The notes under the pieces: generated by a model
Seen by the model: the letters and a program-made list of their open reading frames with translations, nothing else
Database searches by the model: none
What the model was told of the DNA's origin: nothing
Assembly: GCA_964016885.1 (NCBI GenBank)
Contig: OZ024741.1
Span: 332,444,001-332,508,000 of the forward strand
DNA from: Eledone cirrhosa
Lineage: Eukaryota
DNA: 64,000 bases
Direction of reading: 5' to 3'
Shown: piece by piece, positions 39,101 to 54,892 of the stretch
Layout of the letters: every line of letters starts with the position of its first letter
How positions within the stretch are numbered: position 1 is the first letter of the stretch
Translations under genes and position numbers: made by a program

Positions 39101-42100
39101 TACATGTTATATTTATGTATGTGTTGTTATGTTTGTTTGTGTGCATCTGCATATGTGTATGTGTGTGTGTTGTTTGTATACTTGTGCATATGTGTCTTAT
39201 GCTTATGTATGGGTTATTATGTTTGGTGTGTGTGTGTTATGCATGTGTATGTGTATATATGTGTCTACGCATGTTATATTTGTATATGTGTATATGCATA
39301 TTATGCTTGTGTGTGTGTGTATTATGTTTGTGTAATCCCCCAAATATTTTTATTTGATGTTCCCTTCTTCCTTCTGGAAGTTTCTGTTCTCTTTTCTTAG
39401 AGTTGAGACAGATCAGAATAGAAAGATTGGAAATAAACATACATACACACACAGAAACATAACACACATGCACACAGACATAGCACATACACACAAACAT
39501 AACACACACATGCATGCATACACACACTCAGAAACACACTCATACACACTCAAAAACATAACACACACACATATACACAAATACACTAAAAAATTAACAT
39601 ATACACACAAACATAAGACATACACACAAACATAAGACATACACACAAACATAAAACACACTAACACAAATATAACATACACACACAAACATAACATACA
39701 CACACAAACATAACCACACTCACTCAAATATAACACTTACACAAACACACAATCTTTTCACTTCAAAAGTCTTTATTTAACCCTTTCGTTAGCATATTTC
39801 TAATGAAAGATAATACTTATGATTTTCAAATTATTTTGAAAATAATCAAAAATTTGAATGCTTGAAAACGACTTAGAAAAAATTTAAATCAAAATCAAAA
39901 TCAAAATTTAATCCCAAAGAGAGGAATTGGAACATTATACACAGAAAGTTCCTTAAATCCTGTAGAAGGGACTTTTAGGTCCTGAAATATTGGACAGAAA
40001 AAAGAAGAACAACAAAAAACAAAACAAAGATTACCAGGTAACTTACTTTTTGTTACCTCACCTTACAGTCCATTTTGCATTGTTTAGCCTTCTTTCTCTA
40101 TCAATGCTAACTTTTTTCATTATTAAACCAGTGTTTGGGACATAACTTACACAAGTTCTTACATCAAATTATGAATAAAAATTTTCAGATAAACATAAAC
40201 ACTTTAAAATACCGATGACACCTTCTTTTTCCATCTTTAAAGTTCTTCATCCTCATTTTATAAGCTATTTTATAGCATCTCTGCAAATGAGTGAGCATAC
40301 CATCAGTTTTGTATGGTAGAATCAGGGAAGTTTGATATGAAAAAGATTAAAAGATTCTATTCTACATTTATTTCCTTCCTAAATTGCTATACAATAAGAT
40401 GCTGTGCTGTAAAAAAGACCTTCCAATCCATACAAGCATGGGAAAACGGACGTAAAAATGGTGATGATGATGAATGAAAATAAGAATTGAAAGAGGGAAA
40501 TGTTTATACTTAGAAGAATGGATACGCAATAACATGTGTACAAGTATCGTCTAAAATGTTCATAGGCTGACCAAGACAGTCTCATGGAATGACCAAATGA
40601 GGTTTATTTTTCAGCATAGTTCCTGGAAATTAACAATGTAGTTATTAATAGGAGGAATTGAAATTAATGCATGCAAGATTTTCCAACATTAGCATCACTT
40701 CTTCATAGTCAACCAATGAATTTTTTTTGCCAACCCTCGTATCTTATGTTTTTAGTAAAATACTTAAAATTTTGAACTTTGTCCACACAACCCCAGGACT
40801 ACCTTTGCACTATGCTCCAGTTTGTGGACACCTAATTAAGAACCACTTATTTAAAAGATGAGTGTCACTCTCCTATTTGAAGAACAAATTTAAATCTTTG
40901 TAAATATATTCCTAAAAAAACATCTGTAAATTGTATGATTGTACGTATGGACCTGTAACTCCTGATGGAGTCATAAGGGTGTCATTTTGACATACTTGAC
41001 CACTTTAAACTTGGCAGAACCCATCTCTTCTTTTGGTCTGAACTTAGCCAATTTTAGCCAAAGAAGGAGAGTGTGTGTGTTAGAAAGTGAGAGAGAAAGT
41101 GTTTGTGTATGTGTGAGAGAGAGAGGAGGGAAGTAAGATATATACAGAGGAAGAATCGACCTCAGAACTGAACTGGAACTTTGTTTCAGCAACCTAAAAA
41201 TGACGAAAGGCATAGTTGACTTTGAGAGCTGGAATGAATACCACAAAGCATTATTCTATCTAAAATTCTAACAACTTTGCCAATCCACCACCTGCATGCA
41301 TACATGGTCCCATCACTCCCAAGGGAGTCTTAGGGGTACCTGATTGATATACAGCATTACTAGGTCATTTTTAAACCTGGCAGAGCCCATCTACTTTCCA
41401 GGTCTGTATACAGCAGATTCCTTCCAGAGAAAGATAGGGAGTGATGGAATGGAAGTGAGAAAGAGATATACAAAAAGAATCAACCCCAGTACTAGACTGG
41501 TACTTTATTTTATCAATCTCAAATGGATGAAAGACAAAGTTGGTCTCAGTGGGATTTGAACTCAGGGAGCAGAGAGCTGAAACGCATACTGCAAAGCATT
41601 CTATCTGATGTTCTAATCACTCTGTCAATTCACCACCTATCCAACATTAAATCTCTCACTTTCAAAAGAATATTGAGGCAAAATAATATACCCTGTTCAC
41701 AATATTGTCTCTTTGTTCAAAACTCCATTGTTGTGCCTTCTTGAACACCTAAACATACCTTAAGCTATTATCAGATTAACAATGCTTCATTGTCACCACC
41801 CAACAAACTTTGCTTTTACCTAGATTTCCATAGAATCCCAAAGAATACATGTATATGTTATTGAAAAGCAAAGAATCTCTTTATACAATTGAATGGATTG
41901 CCATTGGTTTTGACAATAAGCGTTTCATTTCAATTGCTTAATCAAGGTATCAGCGGGCTTGTGAAATTAATGTGCAAGTCACTAAGCATTTTGCAGAAAT
42001 ATGTACTCTTACATTAATTCTGAAACAGATTTAGCATTTGGCTGCTATTTCTAGTAGGTTGAACACAGATAGTGACAGTATCATATATACTTGTTGAAAT

Positions 42101-42961
42101 GTAGTCTTTTCCATCTTCACAGGGAGAAACATTGCACTAATTAATACAGTGTGTGGCAAGGCTAGCTCTTTGAATTACAGTTATAGTCCATCAGATGGGC
42201 TTCCAAACAGTCTCCATCTACACAATTTCACATACATCATCATCATCATTATCATTTTAATATCTGTTTTCCTTGCTAGCAAGGATTGTATGGTCGGTAA
42301 CAGTCCCAAGTATAGCAATAGGGTGGAATTTCATGGATATTTAGTTTCTATTTCTGTATATATATCAAGTGGTTAATGTGACAGAATGCAACTTAAGCCT
42401 CTAGCAATTACATTACTCTATATTTACTATTATATTTTCACAGTAAAGACTTTACCTCACATTGTTATCTCACATAATATCGAATCTATGAGATTTTGAA
42501 AGTATTTCTTTTGAGAACAATACCTTAACATCAGTATGAGTAGCCCATTTGAACAGAAAGAGGTGAGAGAATTCTGGCCAGATATGACTGGGTTGATGCA
42601 TCAATTTTTATAAAGACTTTTACACCAAGGTATATAAACCAAATTATTTAGTACAGTTACACCCCCCCCTCCCTCCGAATTATTTAGTACAGCTGATCGA
42701 GCTATATAATTCATAATCAACTTTATGGTACTGAGTCACATTTAATTAAGTTAGTTGCCTTAGTTTCCTATTAGCCCTTTCATTACCTTATTTCTCACTA
42801 ATTAACACACCTTGTTTGTTTTAATTATCTTGGGAATTAATCAAGAATTTGAAGGGATTTAACAGGATAACTTATTCCTCATTATTAAGCTGTTGTTAGG
42901 AATATGCCTTAACAGAATGTTCTTACATAGAATTATGGTGAAAGGTTGTATTTTAGATATA

Positions 42962-43213
42962 AAGTGCATTAGTATGGACATGTAATGCGCATGAATGATG
43001 ATTGCTGGGTGAAGAAGTGCCAAGTAATCCCAATGGAAGAAAGCCACAGTAAAGGAAGACCTAGATGGAAGTGGTAAGAACTGATTTCAAATCGCTAAAG
43101 CTCACAGAGGAGATGACAAAAGAACATGAAAAGTGGAGAGATACTGTACTGAGAAAGACTCATCAAACCCATGCAACCATGGATTGATGAATGTAAGATG
43201 ATGATAATGATGA
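42962..43213 (+). mobile_element. Degenerate RTE 3' fragment
   Basis: tatggacatgtaatgcgcatg (YGHVMRM), ggaagaccta, and a gatgatgat tail. Confidence 0.65.
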
Positions 43214-45016
43214 TAAACATATTAAAAGAGAAGTTTTTTTTTATCAAGGAACTAGAGGTAGTCACAGGCAGATTTGTATTGAAAGGGTTAAATTACAAAT
43301 AAATTATTGATGGTTTCTGATTGAGGCACAAAAACCAACAAATTTGGTGGAGGGGAAAGTTTATTAAATCAACCCCAGTGTGTTACTAGTACTTTATTGT
43401 ATCAACCCAATAAGGATGAAAGGCAAAGCTAACCTTGGCAGGATTTGAACTCAGAACGTAAAGGGGCATAACTATACACCACAAATCACGTTGTTTCATG
43501 CTCTATTGATACTACCAATCCACTGTCCTTCAAATGATTTATTATTGAAAATGATTATGGTTTAAGTAGAACACAATTTGATATACAAATATCATGAACA
43601 GAAACCTGTTAACTCTTAAATTCCTGTATGGCATGAAACTACATTAGTGAGATATTCACAAACAGTAATGAATAGCACTTTGACTAAATCATATTAAAAA
43701 TTTAAATTTACTCTAATATTGCAAATTTTCACAGTTATCTCTCCATTAGAAAAGACACTTTTAACAAACCTCATTTTAGATATTTTCTGCTAAATCATCA
43801 TCATCTTCATCATCATTTAACATCCATTTTCTTCGCTAGCATGGGTCGGATGGGCTGACTTTTGGGAGAGAATCGGGTCAGAGGACTGTGTTTTGCTCAC
43901 CCATAGCTGATTTGGGTTTGGTTTCTACAGCTGGATGCCCTCCTAGCGCCAACCACATTTACAGTGTGTGCTTGGTACTTTTTGTCGAGTCTCCTACATG
44001 ACTACTTTATGGATATTTATCCATTATTTCAGTTTACAGGGAAATTCATATTTTCTGGCATGGTTACATGTCTACATATTAATAATGTGTAAATTTATAT
44101 ACATATTTTTGTATATTTACCATAGTTTTAATGTCCACTTTCTCTGTAGCAAGGGTAGGATAAGGGTGATGGTGATGATGATATTTTTGTATATTTAAAT
44201 ACACATTTATATGTCTACACATTAAAAATATGTATATTTATATACACACTTCTGTATATTTATTTACACATTTTTTTGTATATTTATATAAACATTGTTG
44301 CTGTCTTGGTTCCACACTATGTATTTATACAGATATAACTTTTAGTATAACAATACTAGCTGAATATGTGTAACTAAACAGTTTGATAAATATCAGAGAA
44401 CCTACATAAACTACCCTTCATCATCATCATCAGCAGCAGCATTTAGCGTCTATTTTTCCAAGCTAGCATGAGTTAGATGTGTTACCCCATTGTGAGATAA
44501 GTCAGACAAGTTAGATCAGGTGACCATGTCTTGCTTATACAGAACTATTTCTGGTTTGATTTCTATGGCTGGATGCCCTTCCTAATGCCAACCATACTGA
44601 CACTGTGGACTGGGCTGGACATCTGTCATTTCCAACATTGAGTGTCTCAATTGTTTTAATAATGAAACAACATGCTTGTGAAATTAACATGTAAGTGGCT
44701 GAGCATTCCACAGTGACATGTTTATCTTTAACATAGTTCTCAGGGAGATTCAACATGACAAAGTATATGTGACAAGACTGGCCCTTTGATATACTGATAC
44801 AGTCAATCTTATATTATAATTGTTTCTACTTTTTGGCACAACAATTATTCCAGTGCATTACTGGTACTTTATTTTATCGACCCCATAAGGATGAAAGGCA
44901 AAGTTAAACTTGGCAGAATTTGAACTCAGACCGATACTGCCAATCCACATGAAAGTGACTGAGCATTCCACAGACATGTATGTTTAACATAATTCTTAGG
45001 GAAATTCAGCATGGCA

Positions 45017-47067
45017 CATCATCATCATCATCATCATCATCAACGTTTAACGTCCGTGTTCCACGCTTGCATGGGTTTGGACGGGGGTTTTCCCACTTGA
45101 GGCAAGAGTGATTGTCTTGCTCGCATAGGACTATCTGGCGGGTTTTCTACAGCTGGATGCCCTTCCTAACACCAACCACATTTACAGTGTGGGGCTGGGA
45201 GGTTTTTACCGTGTTGCCTACACGGCCACATTACAGCGTGGACTGTGTCTACACGATCTCATTTGTTTCGGCCTGGATGTTGTGGCACCAACATAACTTT
45301 ACATTGAAGGGGCGGTGTGGATGGGGTGGGGGGTGGTGAGACGGGGGTGTATTTTGTTAGAGATGCCTACTGGCTGTAGTAGGTTTTACTTTGTATTTAG
45401 GTAAGGCGGGTCTTCTCTATTACTGAGTACCGCCAAAGGTCTCGGTCCAGTGACACTGTCTTGGAGAGGTGTAAGTGAGTGAGGTCAGAATTTATCAGCT
45501 CGTCCCAGGTTTTTCTGGGTCTGCCTACTCCGTAGCTACCGTCTATCTTTATTGCCCTGCACTTTGTTATACAGCTGTCGTCTTTCATGCGCATCATGTG
45601 ACCATACCAACGTAGCCTTCTCTCGAGTAAACAACATCTGATCCCTCTTATTTCTAATTTTTTCCTTAGTTCGCTTATGCTTTGCCGTTGACGTATGTTA
45701 CTATTACACATCCAGCGGAGCATGCAAGCTTCGTTCCTCTCTAGTCTGCGTATATCCTCTGCACACAATGCCCAGGTCTCACTGCCATGCAACATTGCTG
45801 TTCGTATGCAGGCATCATACAACCTGCCTTTCATTCTTAGGGAGAACCCTTTAGCGGCTAATAGTGGTATAAGCTCTCTGAACTTTTTCCATCCAGTTCT
45901 GACTCTAGCTACTGTACTTTCAGAGCACCCTCCCCCACTGCTATAGAACCCTCTGCGCAATTGAAAGAGCTAGTATTTTGTGGGCACTTGCTGCTACTTA
46001 TTGCACCAGAGCACCGGCCACATGTAAAATCTATGTTCTTAGTTAGCTTACCTGTGATCCCACTACATCTTTTATGCACCCATACTTTGCATTTGGGACA
46101 TAAAATGGAGTTTCTACCTACGCCTTTCCTACACACTGAGCATGGCCATTTCCTGGAAGGGAACGGCACCTTATTTTCTTTCCTACAAACTAGAACTTTA
46201 GTCTTAGCCAGGTTAATTTTAAGGCCTTTTGATTCTAGGCCGTGCTTCTATGTTTGGAATTTCTTCTCTAGCTCGGCCATTGATTCAGCTATGAGCATTA
46301 GATCATCTGCGTATAGGAGTTCCCATGGGCAGCCGGTCTTGAACTCCTCTGTTATAGCCTGAAGGGCAATAATAAATAGGAGGGGGCTAAGAACAGAGCC
46401 CTGATGGACACCAACTTTTACGCTAAACTCTTCACTATATTCGTTGTTAATTCTAACCTTGCTGACTGTTTCTTTATACATGGCTTGTATAGCTCTGACA
46501 AGCCATTCGTCAACACCTAGTTTTCTAAGAGACCACCAGATAATGGAACGGGGGACTCTGTCGAAGGCTTTCTCCAAGTCAACAAAAGCTAAGTATAGGG
46601 GTTTACTTTTAGCTAGGTACTTCTCCTGTAGTTGTCGTACAATGAAAAGAGCGTCTGTGGTACTTTTGCCTGACACAAACCCGAACTGCATTTCATCTAG
46701 ATCAATTCTCTCTCTGATTTGTTGCGCTATTACTTTTTCCGTGACCTTCATGACCTGGTCGATTAATTTAATGCCTCTATAGTTACACCTATCTAGGGCA
46801 TCTCCTTTACCCTTGTAACAGTTAATGATGATGCTGCTACGCCAGTCCTTCGGAACAACCCCATTCTGTATGACTTGGTTTACTATCTGGGAGACCATGG
46901 TGTGTCCCACCGTTCCAGAAGCTTTCAGCATCTCAGCAACTATTTCCGAAGGCCCAGCCGCCTTACCCGCCTTCATATCTTTGATTGCCTTACTTATTAT
47001 ACTACCTTCGACTAACACTGCTGGTCCCTCTATTGGGTCGATGTGGGGGAGACTGTCTTTCTCCCAT
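45017..47067 (-). mobile_element. 5'-truncated RTE subfamily A copy (RT to 3' tail), disrupted
   Basis: Closely matches 7845-9925. In-frame stop near 46248, frameshift, and a ~40-bp deletion at 45942. (CAT)n tail. Confidence 0.93.
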
Positions 47068-47244
47068 GAAAAGCCTGGCTCTCTGAATCACTGGTACAGT
47101 CCATCTTGTTATAGTGGCTGAATATTCCACAGACACAAGTGTACCCTTAATGTAGTTCTCAGAAAGATTTAGTGTGATACAGCATGTGACTTAGCTGGCT
47201 CAATGAATTAAACGTACAGTCCATATTATATTATAGTATAAGAC

Positions 47245-47433
47245 CAGTGGATTGGCAGTATCTGTAGAGGGTCGGACGCCATGCCTTGAAGCGTAGAGTT
47301 ACGTCCCTTTACTGTCTGAGTTCAAATCCCGCTGAGGTTAACTTTGCCTTTCATCCTTACGGGATCGATAAAATAAAGTACCAGTAATGCACTGGGATAA
47401 TTGCTGGCCTTGTGCCAAAAGTAGAAACAATTA
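47245..47433 (+). mobile_element. SINE family 1 copy (others at 16680-16836 -, 31295-31415 +, 41480-41638 -, 43320-43528 -, 44818-44948 -, 51195-51480 +, 52080-52185 -)
   Basis: A/B boxes and conserved body. Confidence 0.85.
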
Positions 47434-47723
47434 TATTATAGTATAAGTGGCTGAGCATTCCACATAGACATGTTCCCTTAATATAGTTAATTGAATCACA
47501 GGTATAACCCATTTTTTTCCAGCTGAGTGGACTGGAGCAATGTGAAATAAAGTGTCTTGCTCAATGTCACTATGCACCACAAGGAATTGTACTGATGGTA
47601 GATCATGATTTAATAACTGTATAATGAGATGAATAGGAGAACATAATTTAAAGTTTTATTATATTTATCAAAGATAACTGTCTCGAGAAGCTACTTTCTC
47701 TAATCATTTAACACTTGTCTTTG

Positions 47724-47757
<34 letters not shown>

Positions 47758-47856
47758 GTGTGTGTGTATATATATATGTATGTATGTATATATATATGTG
47801 TGTATATATATATATGTATATATATGTGTGTATATATATGTGTATATATATATATA

Positions 47857-48110
47857 GTGCCTTTGCTCACTATAAAAGCTTCACGGCACAGGCATTGCTT
47901 TGTATCTGGAGATCTCTCTGCACTTGTCCTCACATGGTACCATGGGCCCAGCAGTATGTGTCAATAATTGTCACAAGTGTAGTGTTTGTACCAGAGTTTT
48001 CAAGTCGCTGGCTGGACTAAAAAGTCACACTCATTCAGAGCATCGGTAGGGGTTCTCCTACATGGATATAAAGTAGTGGCCGTACTCGAAAAACGAGTTG
48101 GCAGCCACCA
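47857..48110 (+). mobile_element. RTE-like LINE 3' end encoding a C2H2 finger
   Basis: [22 protein letters not shown] followed by a stop, a short UTR, and a (TA)n flank on both sides. Confidence 0.6.
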
Positions 48111-48172
48111 TATATATATGTATGTATATATATATATATATTTATATATATGTGTATATGTGTATATATATG

Positions 48173-48708
<536 letters not shown>

Positions 48709-48725
48709 ATACATATATATATATA

Positions 48726-49857
48726 CCCCTCCCCACCTCCTGTATACTAACACCCACTAACACCTCTTCATCAAACTACACACACACCAGTACACCACAC
48801 TCCCTCCATAGAACCACACACACCCTTCTCTCCTCGCTCCACCCACCCCCTCGCTCCACACTCACTCATCCCACTAACACCCCAACTAATACACACACAC
48901 ACACCCTCCTCACTCCAACTTTCACACCTACCCATCCTCGCCCCTTTACCATTCCACCGACTGCTGCTATGCTCTCTGACCACCTCCCAGCACAAATAGA
49001 TCACAGCACTCCCACTGCTGACCACTTCCTGTTGCGCGCGCACCCCACATCTCTCCTCTTCCGACCATCGCTTCATGGAATACCCACATGCAGAAATTGA
49101 CCAGCCACCAATCCACTAAACATCTTCGGAATTTACCAACTTTTCAACCATCCTCTTACGTAATCACCTATATAACTCACCCACACACACACCCCACCAA
49201 AAATTTTTTTTCTCCACACGCCACCTACACCCACAACACGCTTAAACCCCACACACACGTGCTTTCCACCACATATCTACACCCTCAGCCTCCTGATTCC
49301 TCTCCCCCACCCCTCTATCCACACACGCACAGACACTCCGACCCCCCCCCCCACACACACACCTCTTCCTGAACATGCAACCCCGTTCTTCCCCCAACCC
49401 TTACTTTCACATACACACACACACACGCACACCTACACACACACACCACCTTCAGCCCTCCCCGCTCGGACACCCCGTCTCCCTCTCCCCACTCCACCCG
49501 CCAACACCCCTACACACCCCACACCCTTCCACCACCTGTTTAACCCCCTTTTAATTTCAGTTTATTTTGATCATGCCTTTATTTTTAAATTTATCTCATT
49601 CCTTGTATTTTGATCATGCTTTATTTTTATTTTTATCTTTATTTTTTATTTTTTCATTCGCACCGTTTCCTTTCGCTATATGTCTCTCCACCACTCCCCT
49701 ACACACCCTTTGAACTCTGTTCCCACACACTTCCCACCTGAGGAAGGGCTTATGCCCGAAACGTCGTGCCCCACCAACACCCCACTCTCCAGAGCGTGAA
49801 ATTAATAAACATTTGTTGTACTGCCTCTCTGTTTTGTCCCTGTTCAAATTTTTCTAT

Positions 49858-49858
<1 letters not shown>
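48726..49858 (+). mobile_element. Degenerate non-autonomous Penelope-like element
   Basis: C-rich. LSDHL..I.HSTPTADHF remnant of the GIY-YIG region. Ends with a minimal HHR and aataaa. (TA)n flanks. Confidence 0.65.
49735..49768 (+). ncRNA. Minimal PLE-type hammerhead
   Basis: cac-CTGAGGA-A-gggc ttat gccc-GAAAC-GTC^-gtg. Confidence 0.75.
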
Positions 49859-49891
<33 letters not shown>

Positions 49892-50145
49892 TATATTGCT
49901 CTATTTAAAACCTTCTCGCTCACTACCATTTTGACTAAAATTTTTCCAGGATTCATAAAAATGGCTTCTCTCGGCCCTCTAAATCGCTATCACCCCCCCT
50001 CTCTCTATCATATACGTGCCTGTTGGTCCCTCTCTCTCTCTCACTCTCTCTCTCTCTCGCTCACTCCCTACTCGCACCAAATATAAATAAACCTGTTACG
50101 AGGTACGAATCTCAGAATTTGTCAACTCTTATTAATGGTCAGTCC

Positions 50146-50613
50146 ACACCTCTCCAAGACAATGTCACTGGACCGAGATCTTTGGTGCTACACAGTAATA
50201 CAGAAGACCCGCCTTACCTAAGTACAAAGCAAAACCTACTACAGTCAGTAGGCACCTCTAACAAAATACACCCCCATCCCACTACCCCACCCCATCAACA
50301 CCACCCCTTTCAATGTAAAGTTATGTTGGTACCACAACATCCAGCCCGAAACAAATGAGGTTGTGTAGGTGTCACGACAAAAAAACACACAGTCCACGCT
50401 GTAATGTGGCCGTGTAGGTAACACGGTAAAAACCTCCCAGTCCACACTGTAAATGTGGTTGGTGTTAGGAAGGGCATCCAGCCGTAGAAAACCCGCCAGA
50501 CAGTCCTATGCGAGCAAGACAACCACTCTTGCCTGAAGTGGGAAAACTCCCGTCCAAACCCATGCTAGCGTGGAAGATGGACGTTAAACGATGATGATGA
50601 TGATAATGATGAT
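50146..50613 (+). mobile_element. RTE subfamily A 3' end only, opposite orientation
   Basis: Reverse-complement match to 48248-48708. Ends in ggacgttaaacgatgatgatg. Confidence 0.9.
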
Positions 50614-51591
50614 GTATACACACACACGTGTATATGTGTGTGTATGTTGTCTACTAGTTTACATAATATCTAACTAGGTTCTGCACTCGAGAATTTCACT
50701 GATTCAACTCAATTAGTTCCTCTTTCCAGTACACACACAGTCTGGATATCAATATTTAGTTAATAGGAAACGAAAACTACAAATAAATAAATGAAAAAAA
50801 AGTACAAAATAAAATAAAATAAAATAAAATTGTTTTTGTATTCTAAATTATATTCATCATTTGCTTCTACTTACCATTAGAAACTATTATGTATGATTTA
50901 ATATGAAGAAAATAGAAATATTGGAAACCAGGAAGAAAACCATTTTATTTTCTTTCTTTGTTGTGTTCATTTTCTGAGAATTTCACAGACTTCAAATGTA
51001 TCACAGCTTACTTAATCATAAAGATAAAAATTCTCCCCAAATCAAATAATTATATCATCTTATATTATATTATGTTTAGATTATGTTTATATCATATTAC
51101 ATATTTATATTATAATATATATCAATATGTTGTAGATTATATTATATATATTATTATATATTATATATTCATATCGTATTATATTATGTCTAAAATAAAG
51201 TACCAGTAATACACTGGGTAATTGCTGGCCTTGTGCCAAAAAGTAGAAACAATTATATTATGTCTATATTATATCTATATTATGTGTATAATCATTTATA
51301 TTATGTTTATATTATTTGGCAGTATCGGTAGAGGGTCGAACGCCATGCTTTGCAGCATAGATTTATGGCTCTTTAATGTCTGAGTTAAAATCCCACCGAG
51401 GTTAACTTTGCCTTAAGTAAAATAAAGTACCAGTAACATACTGAGATAATTGCTGGCCTTGTGCCAAAAGTAGAAACAATTATATATATATCATATTTTA
51501 TATTATATTGTATTTTATTATATTATATTTTAATTAATATAAAAATGGAGTGCTCATGTGCGGAGATGCTATAAAATAAGGTGAACACTCT

Positions 51592-51796
51592 TTAATCCTT
51601 TAGCATTTTCGTTACTCTATACTTACTATTGTATTTTCATAATTATTTCACATAACATTGAAGCTACGAAATTTTGATATATATTTTGAGAGCAATAGCT
51701 TAACATCAGTATGAGCAGCCAGTTATAGCCGGTTTGAAGAGAAAGAGGTGAGAGAATTCTGGGCGGAAATGGCCAATTTAAATACTAAAGGGTTAA
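51592..51796. mobile_element. piggyBac-like MITE
   Basis: TTAA tcctttagcatt ... aatactaaaggg TTAA. Related sequence at ~42393-42590. Confidence 0.65.
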
Positions 51797-53688
51797 AGAT
51801 GGAAAAAGAAGTTGCCATCAGTCGTTTTTAAGGATCTTCACCCTATTTTATGGCATCTCTGTGCATGAACACTCAATTCTTTAGATTAACTTTACTTCTT
51901 CAATGCTTTATAAAATATTTGTTGATATTATATAATGTTTGTATTATATTTATTATATATATAATATGTATTATGTTTATATTATCTATATTATGTATAT
52001 ATAATATATATTATGTTTATATTATATTTATTATATATACATTGTGTTTATATTATATTTATTATATATAATATATATATAATTGTTTCTACATTTGGCA
52101 CAAGGCCAGCAATTACCCAGTACGTTACTGGTACTTTATTTTATTGACCCCGTAAGGATGAAAGGCAAAGTTAACCTCGGCAGGTTATAATATATATATA
52201 ATGTTTATATCATATTCATTGTATATATAATATATATTATGTTTATATTATATATTATATTGTAAAGTATGTATTCTTTGTTGACATATTTCAACTCTTT
52301 TCTTTGTTAAATAGTTGTAATTGATATTGTTAAATGTTTTCTAACTAACGTAAGAAGTGGGTTTTAGAATGTTGAGCCAAAGAATTTTTATGTACAATGT
52401 GCATGTTTTATTAATGATTTTGAATACCAATGCTCCTTACATAGATATATATATATATATTTAAAATATCAATAAACTTTTAGTAAAAAGATGTCATCTG
52501 GTCAAGCTTGTTTTGATTAAGTCTTTTGTTAGTTTAATAAAGTCTATGTTGAACAGGTCTATAGATATTATTATTAGTAGTAGTAGTACACTTTATAGGA
52601 ATGTGGTGATCCTGGTCATTGATTGACCTAAGACATTTCTTCTGCCCAGCATCATGTGACTGTTGTTGATAGTCAGTGGAAGACTTTCATCAAGATTGTA
52701 CACATCCACCACCCTGCTTTTAATGGTTTACCAGTGACCCTAGGCTGGGTGGCTACCATATGTTATGCCCTGCCAAAGGTCAGCAGCCCGTGTTTAATTT
52801 AGATTGGCTTATTTACATATTCATGGCTAACCCCTATATCTAGAGGTTATTTCCATATCTACCACCTGGGAACCCACATGGCAAGGGTTCTCACCCTTGA
52901 TCCTACTGACAAAAGACAGAAAAATGCCTTGCCTTGCCTTGCCAAAGGGTAAGCTGTATTTGATACTAGGTGGCTCATATTTACTGCTAAACCCATATAT
53001 CTAACAATCATGCCTCCCTCTAGTACTGGGTGAGAGTGGGCTCAGAAGATAAAAGTTGTCTCTCTTGATCTTATTGTCAAATGATTAAAGAAAATCTGTC
53101 AAGAATATTTTCCTATTCCATACTGTCATAAGACTTCCTGAATAAATTTATTAACTTATTGAAGGTATCGTGGTAAACTCTTTGTTTTATCTTCACTGGT
53201 CATTGAGTTTAAAGCATTTCCTGCAGGCAACATATATTTAAATTGGTGAAATTATGAAGTTGTAAACTGCTCAATAGTTCCATTACTAACATGGAGCAAG
53301 GTAATTAATTTAAATAAATAAATTGCTTTATAATTATGACCATTTCTCAAAAGAAATATAATTAATGCCTATAATTAGTTGGCCATTTCTTAACATTAAT
53401 TCATCGACTGAACACCTGTAATTAGCCAGCCGGGTCTTCACATTAATTTACAGAATGGAATGTGACTGTTATTTGCGTTAGATAATTAGAAAGTCTATTA
53501 GTAAACTCTCTCTGAGCTGATCTCCCCCACCCCACACTTTCATGTGTCATATAATTATATAAACTATATTACACAAGGTGTTTTTAAAATGATGCAATGT
53601 GTTATTTAATAGAATTCGTTCAGGAATTGCTACACTTTAACTCGTCATTCTCTGAGATATTTATTTTGTTAAGAGATTTTTGGAACCA

Positions 53689-54013
53689 TGTTGTTGTTTG
53701 TATTGTTGTTGGTGGTATTGTTGTTGTTGGTGGTGGTGTTGTTGTTGTTGGTGTTGTTGGTGTTGTTGTTGTTGTTGTTGTTGTTGTTTTTTGGTGGTGG
53801 TGTTGTTGTTGTTGGTGTTGGTGGTGATGTTGTTGGTGTTGTTGTTGGTATTGTTGTTGTTGGTGGTATTGTTGTTGTTGGTGGTGGTGTTGTTGTTGGT
53901 GGTGTTGTTGTTGTTGGTGTTGGTGGTGATGTTGTTGGTGTTGTTGTTGGTATTGTTGTTGTTGGTGGTATTGTTGTTGTTGGTGGTGGTGTTGTTGTTG
54001 TTGGTGTTGTTGG

Positions 54014-54045
<32 letters not shown>

Positions 54046-54892
54046 TTTGGTGGTGGTGGTGTTGTTGTTGTTGGTGTTGGTGGTGATGTTGTTGGTGTTG
54101 TTGTTGTTGGTATTGTTGTTGTTGGTGGTGTTGTTGTTGTTGGTGTTGGTGGTGATGTTGTTGGTGTTGTTGTTGGTGTTGTTGTTGTTGGTATTGTTGT
54201 TGTTGGTGGTGTTGTTGGTGTTGGTGGTGTTGTTGTTGGTGTTGTTGTTGGTGGTGTTGTTGTTGTTGGTGGTGATGTTGTTGGTGTTGTTGTTGGTGTT
54301 GTTGTTGGTGGTATTGTTGTTGTTGGTGGTGTTGTTGTTGTTGGTGTTGGTGGTGATGTTGTTGGTGTTGTTGGTGTTGTTGTTGGTATTGTTGTTGGTG
54401 GTGTTGTTGTTGTTGGTGTTGGTGGTGTTGTTGTTGTTGGTATTGTTGTTGTTGGTGGTGGTGTTGGTGTTGGTGGTGGTGTTGTTGTTGGTATGTTGGT
54501 GTTGTTGTTGGTGGTGTTGTTGGTGGTGGTGTTGTTGGTATTGTTGTTGGTGGTGGTGTTGGTGGTGGTGTTGTTGGTGTTGTTGTTCTTGTTATTATTA
54601 TTGTTGATGGTGTTGTTGTTGGTGCTGTTATTGTTGTTGGTGTTGGTGGTGGTGTTGGTGTTGTTGTTGTTGATGGGGTTGTTGTTGTTGTTGGTGTTAT
54701 TGATGTTGTTGTTGGTGGTGTTATTGATGTTGTTGTTGGTGGTGTTATTGATGTTGATGTTGTTGGTGTTGTTGTTGTTGTTGTTGTGCTGTTGATGGTG
54801 TTTGTGTTGTTGTTGGTGGTGGTGTTATTGAGGTTGATGCTGTTGTTGGTAGTGTTATTGAGTTTGTCATTGGTGTTGATGTTATTAGTGGT
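53689..54892. repeat. (GTT/GGT)n compound trinucleotide array
   Basis: Direct inspection. Includes an internal ~260-bp duplication. Confidence 0.95.

Noticed and set aside
38919-39750. TG-rich then CA-rich blocks resembling inverted arms
   Set aside because: Low-complexity complementarity only; not a specific inverted repeat.
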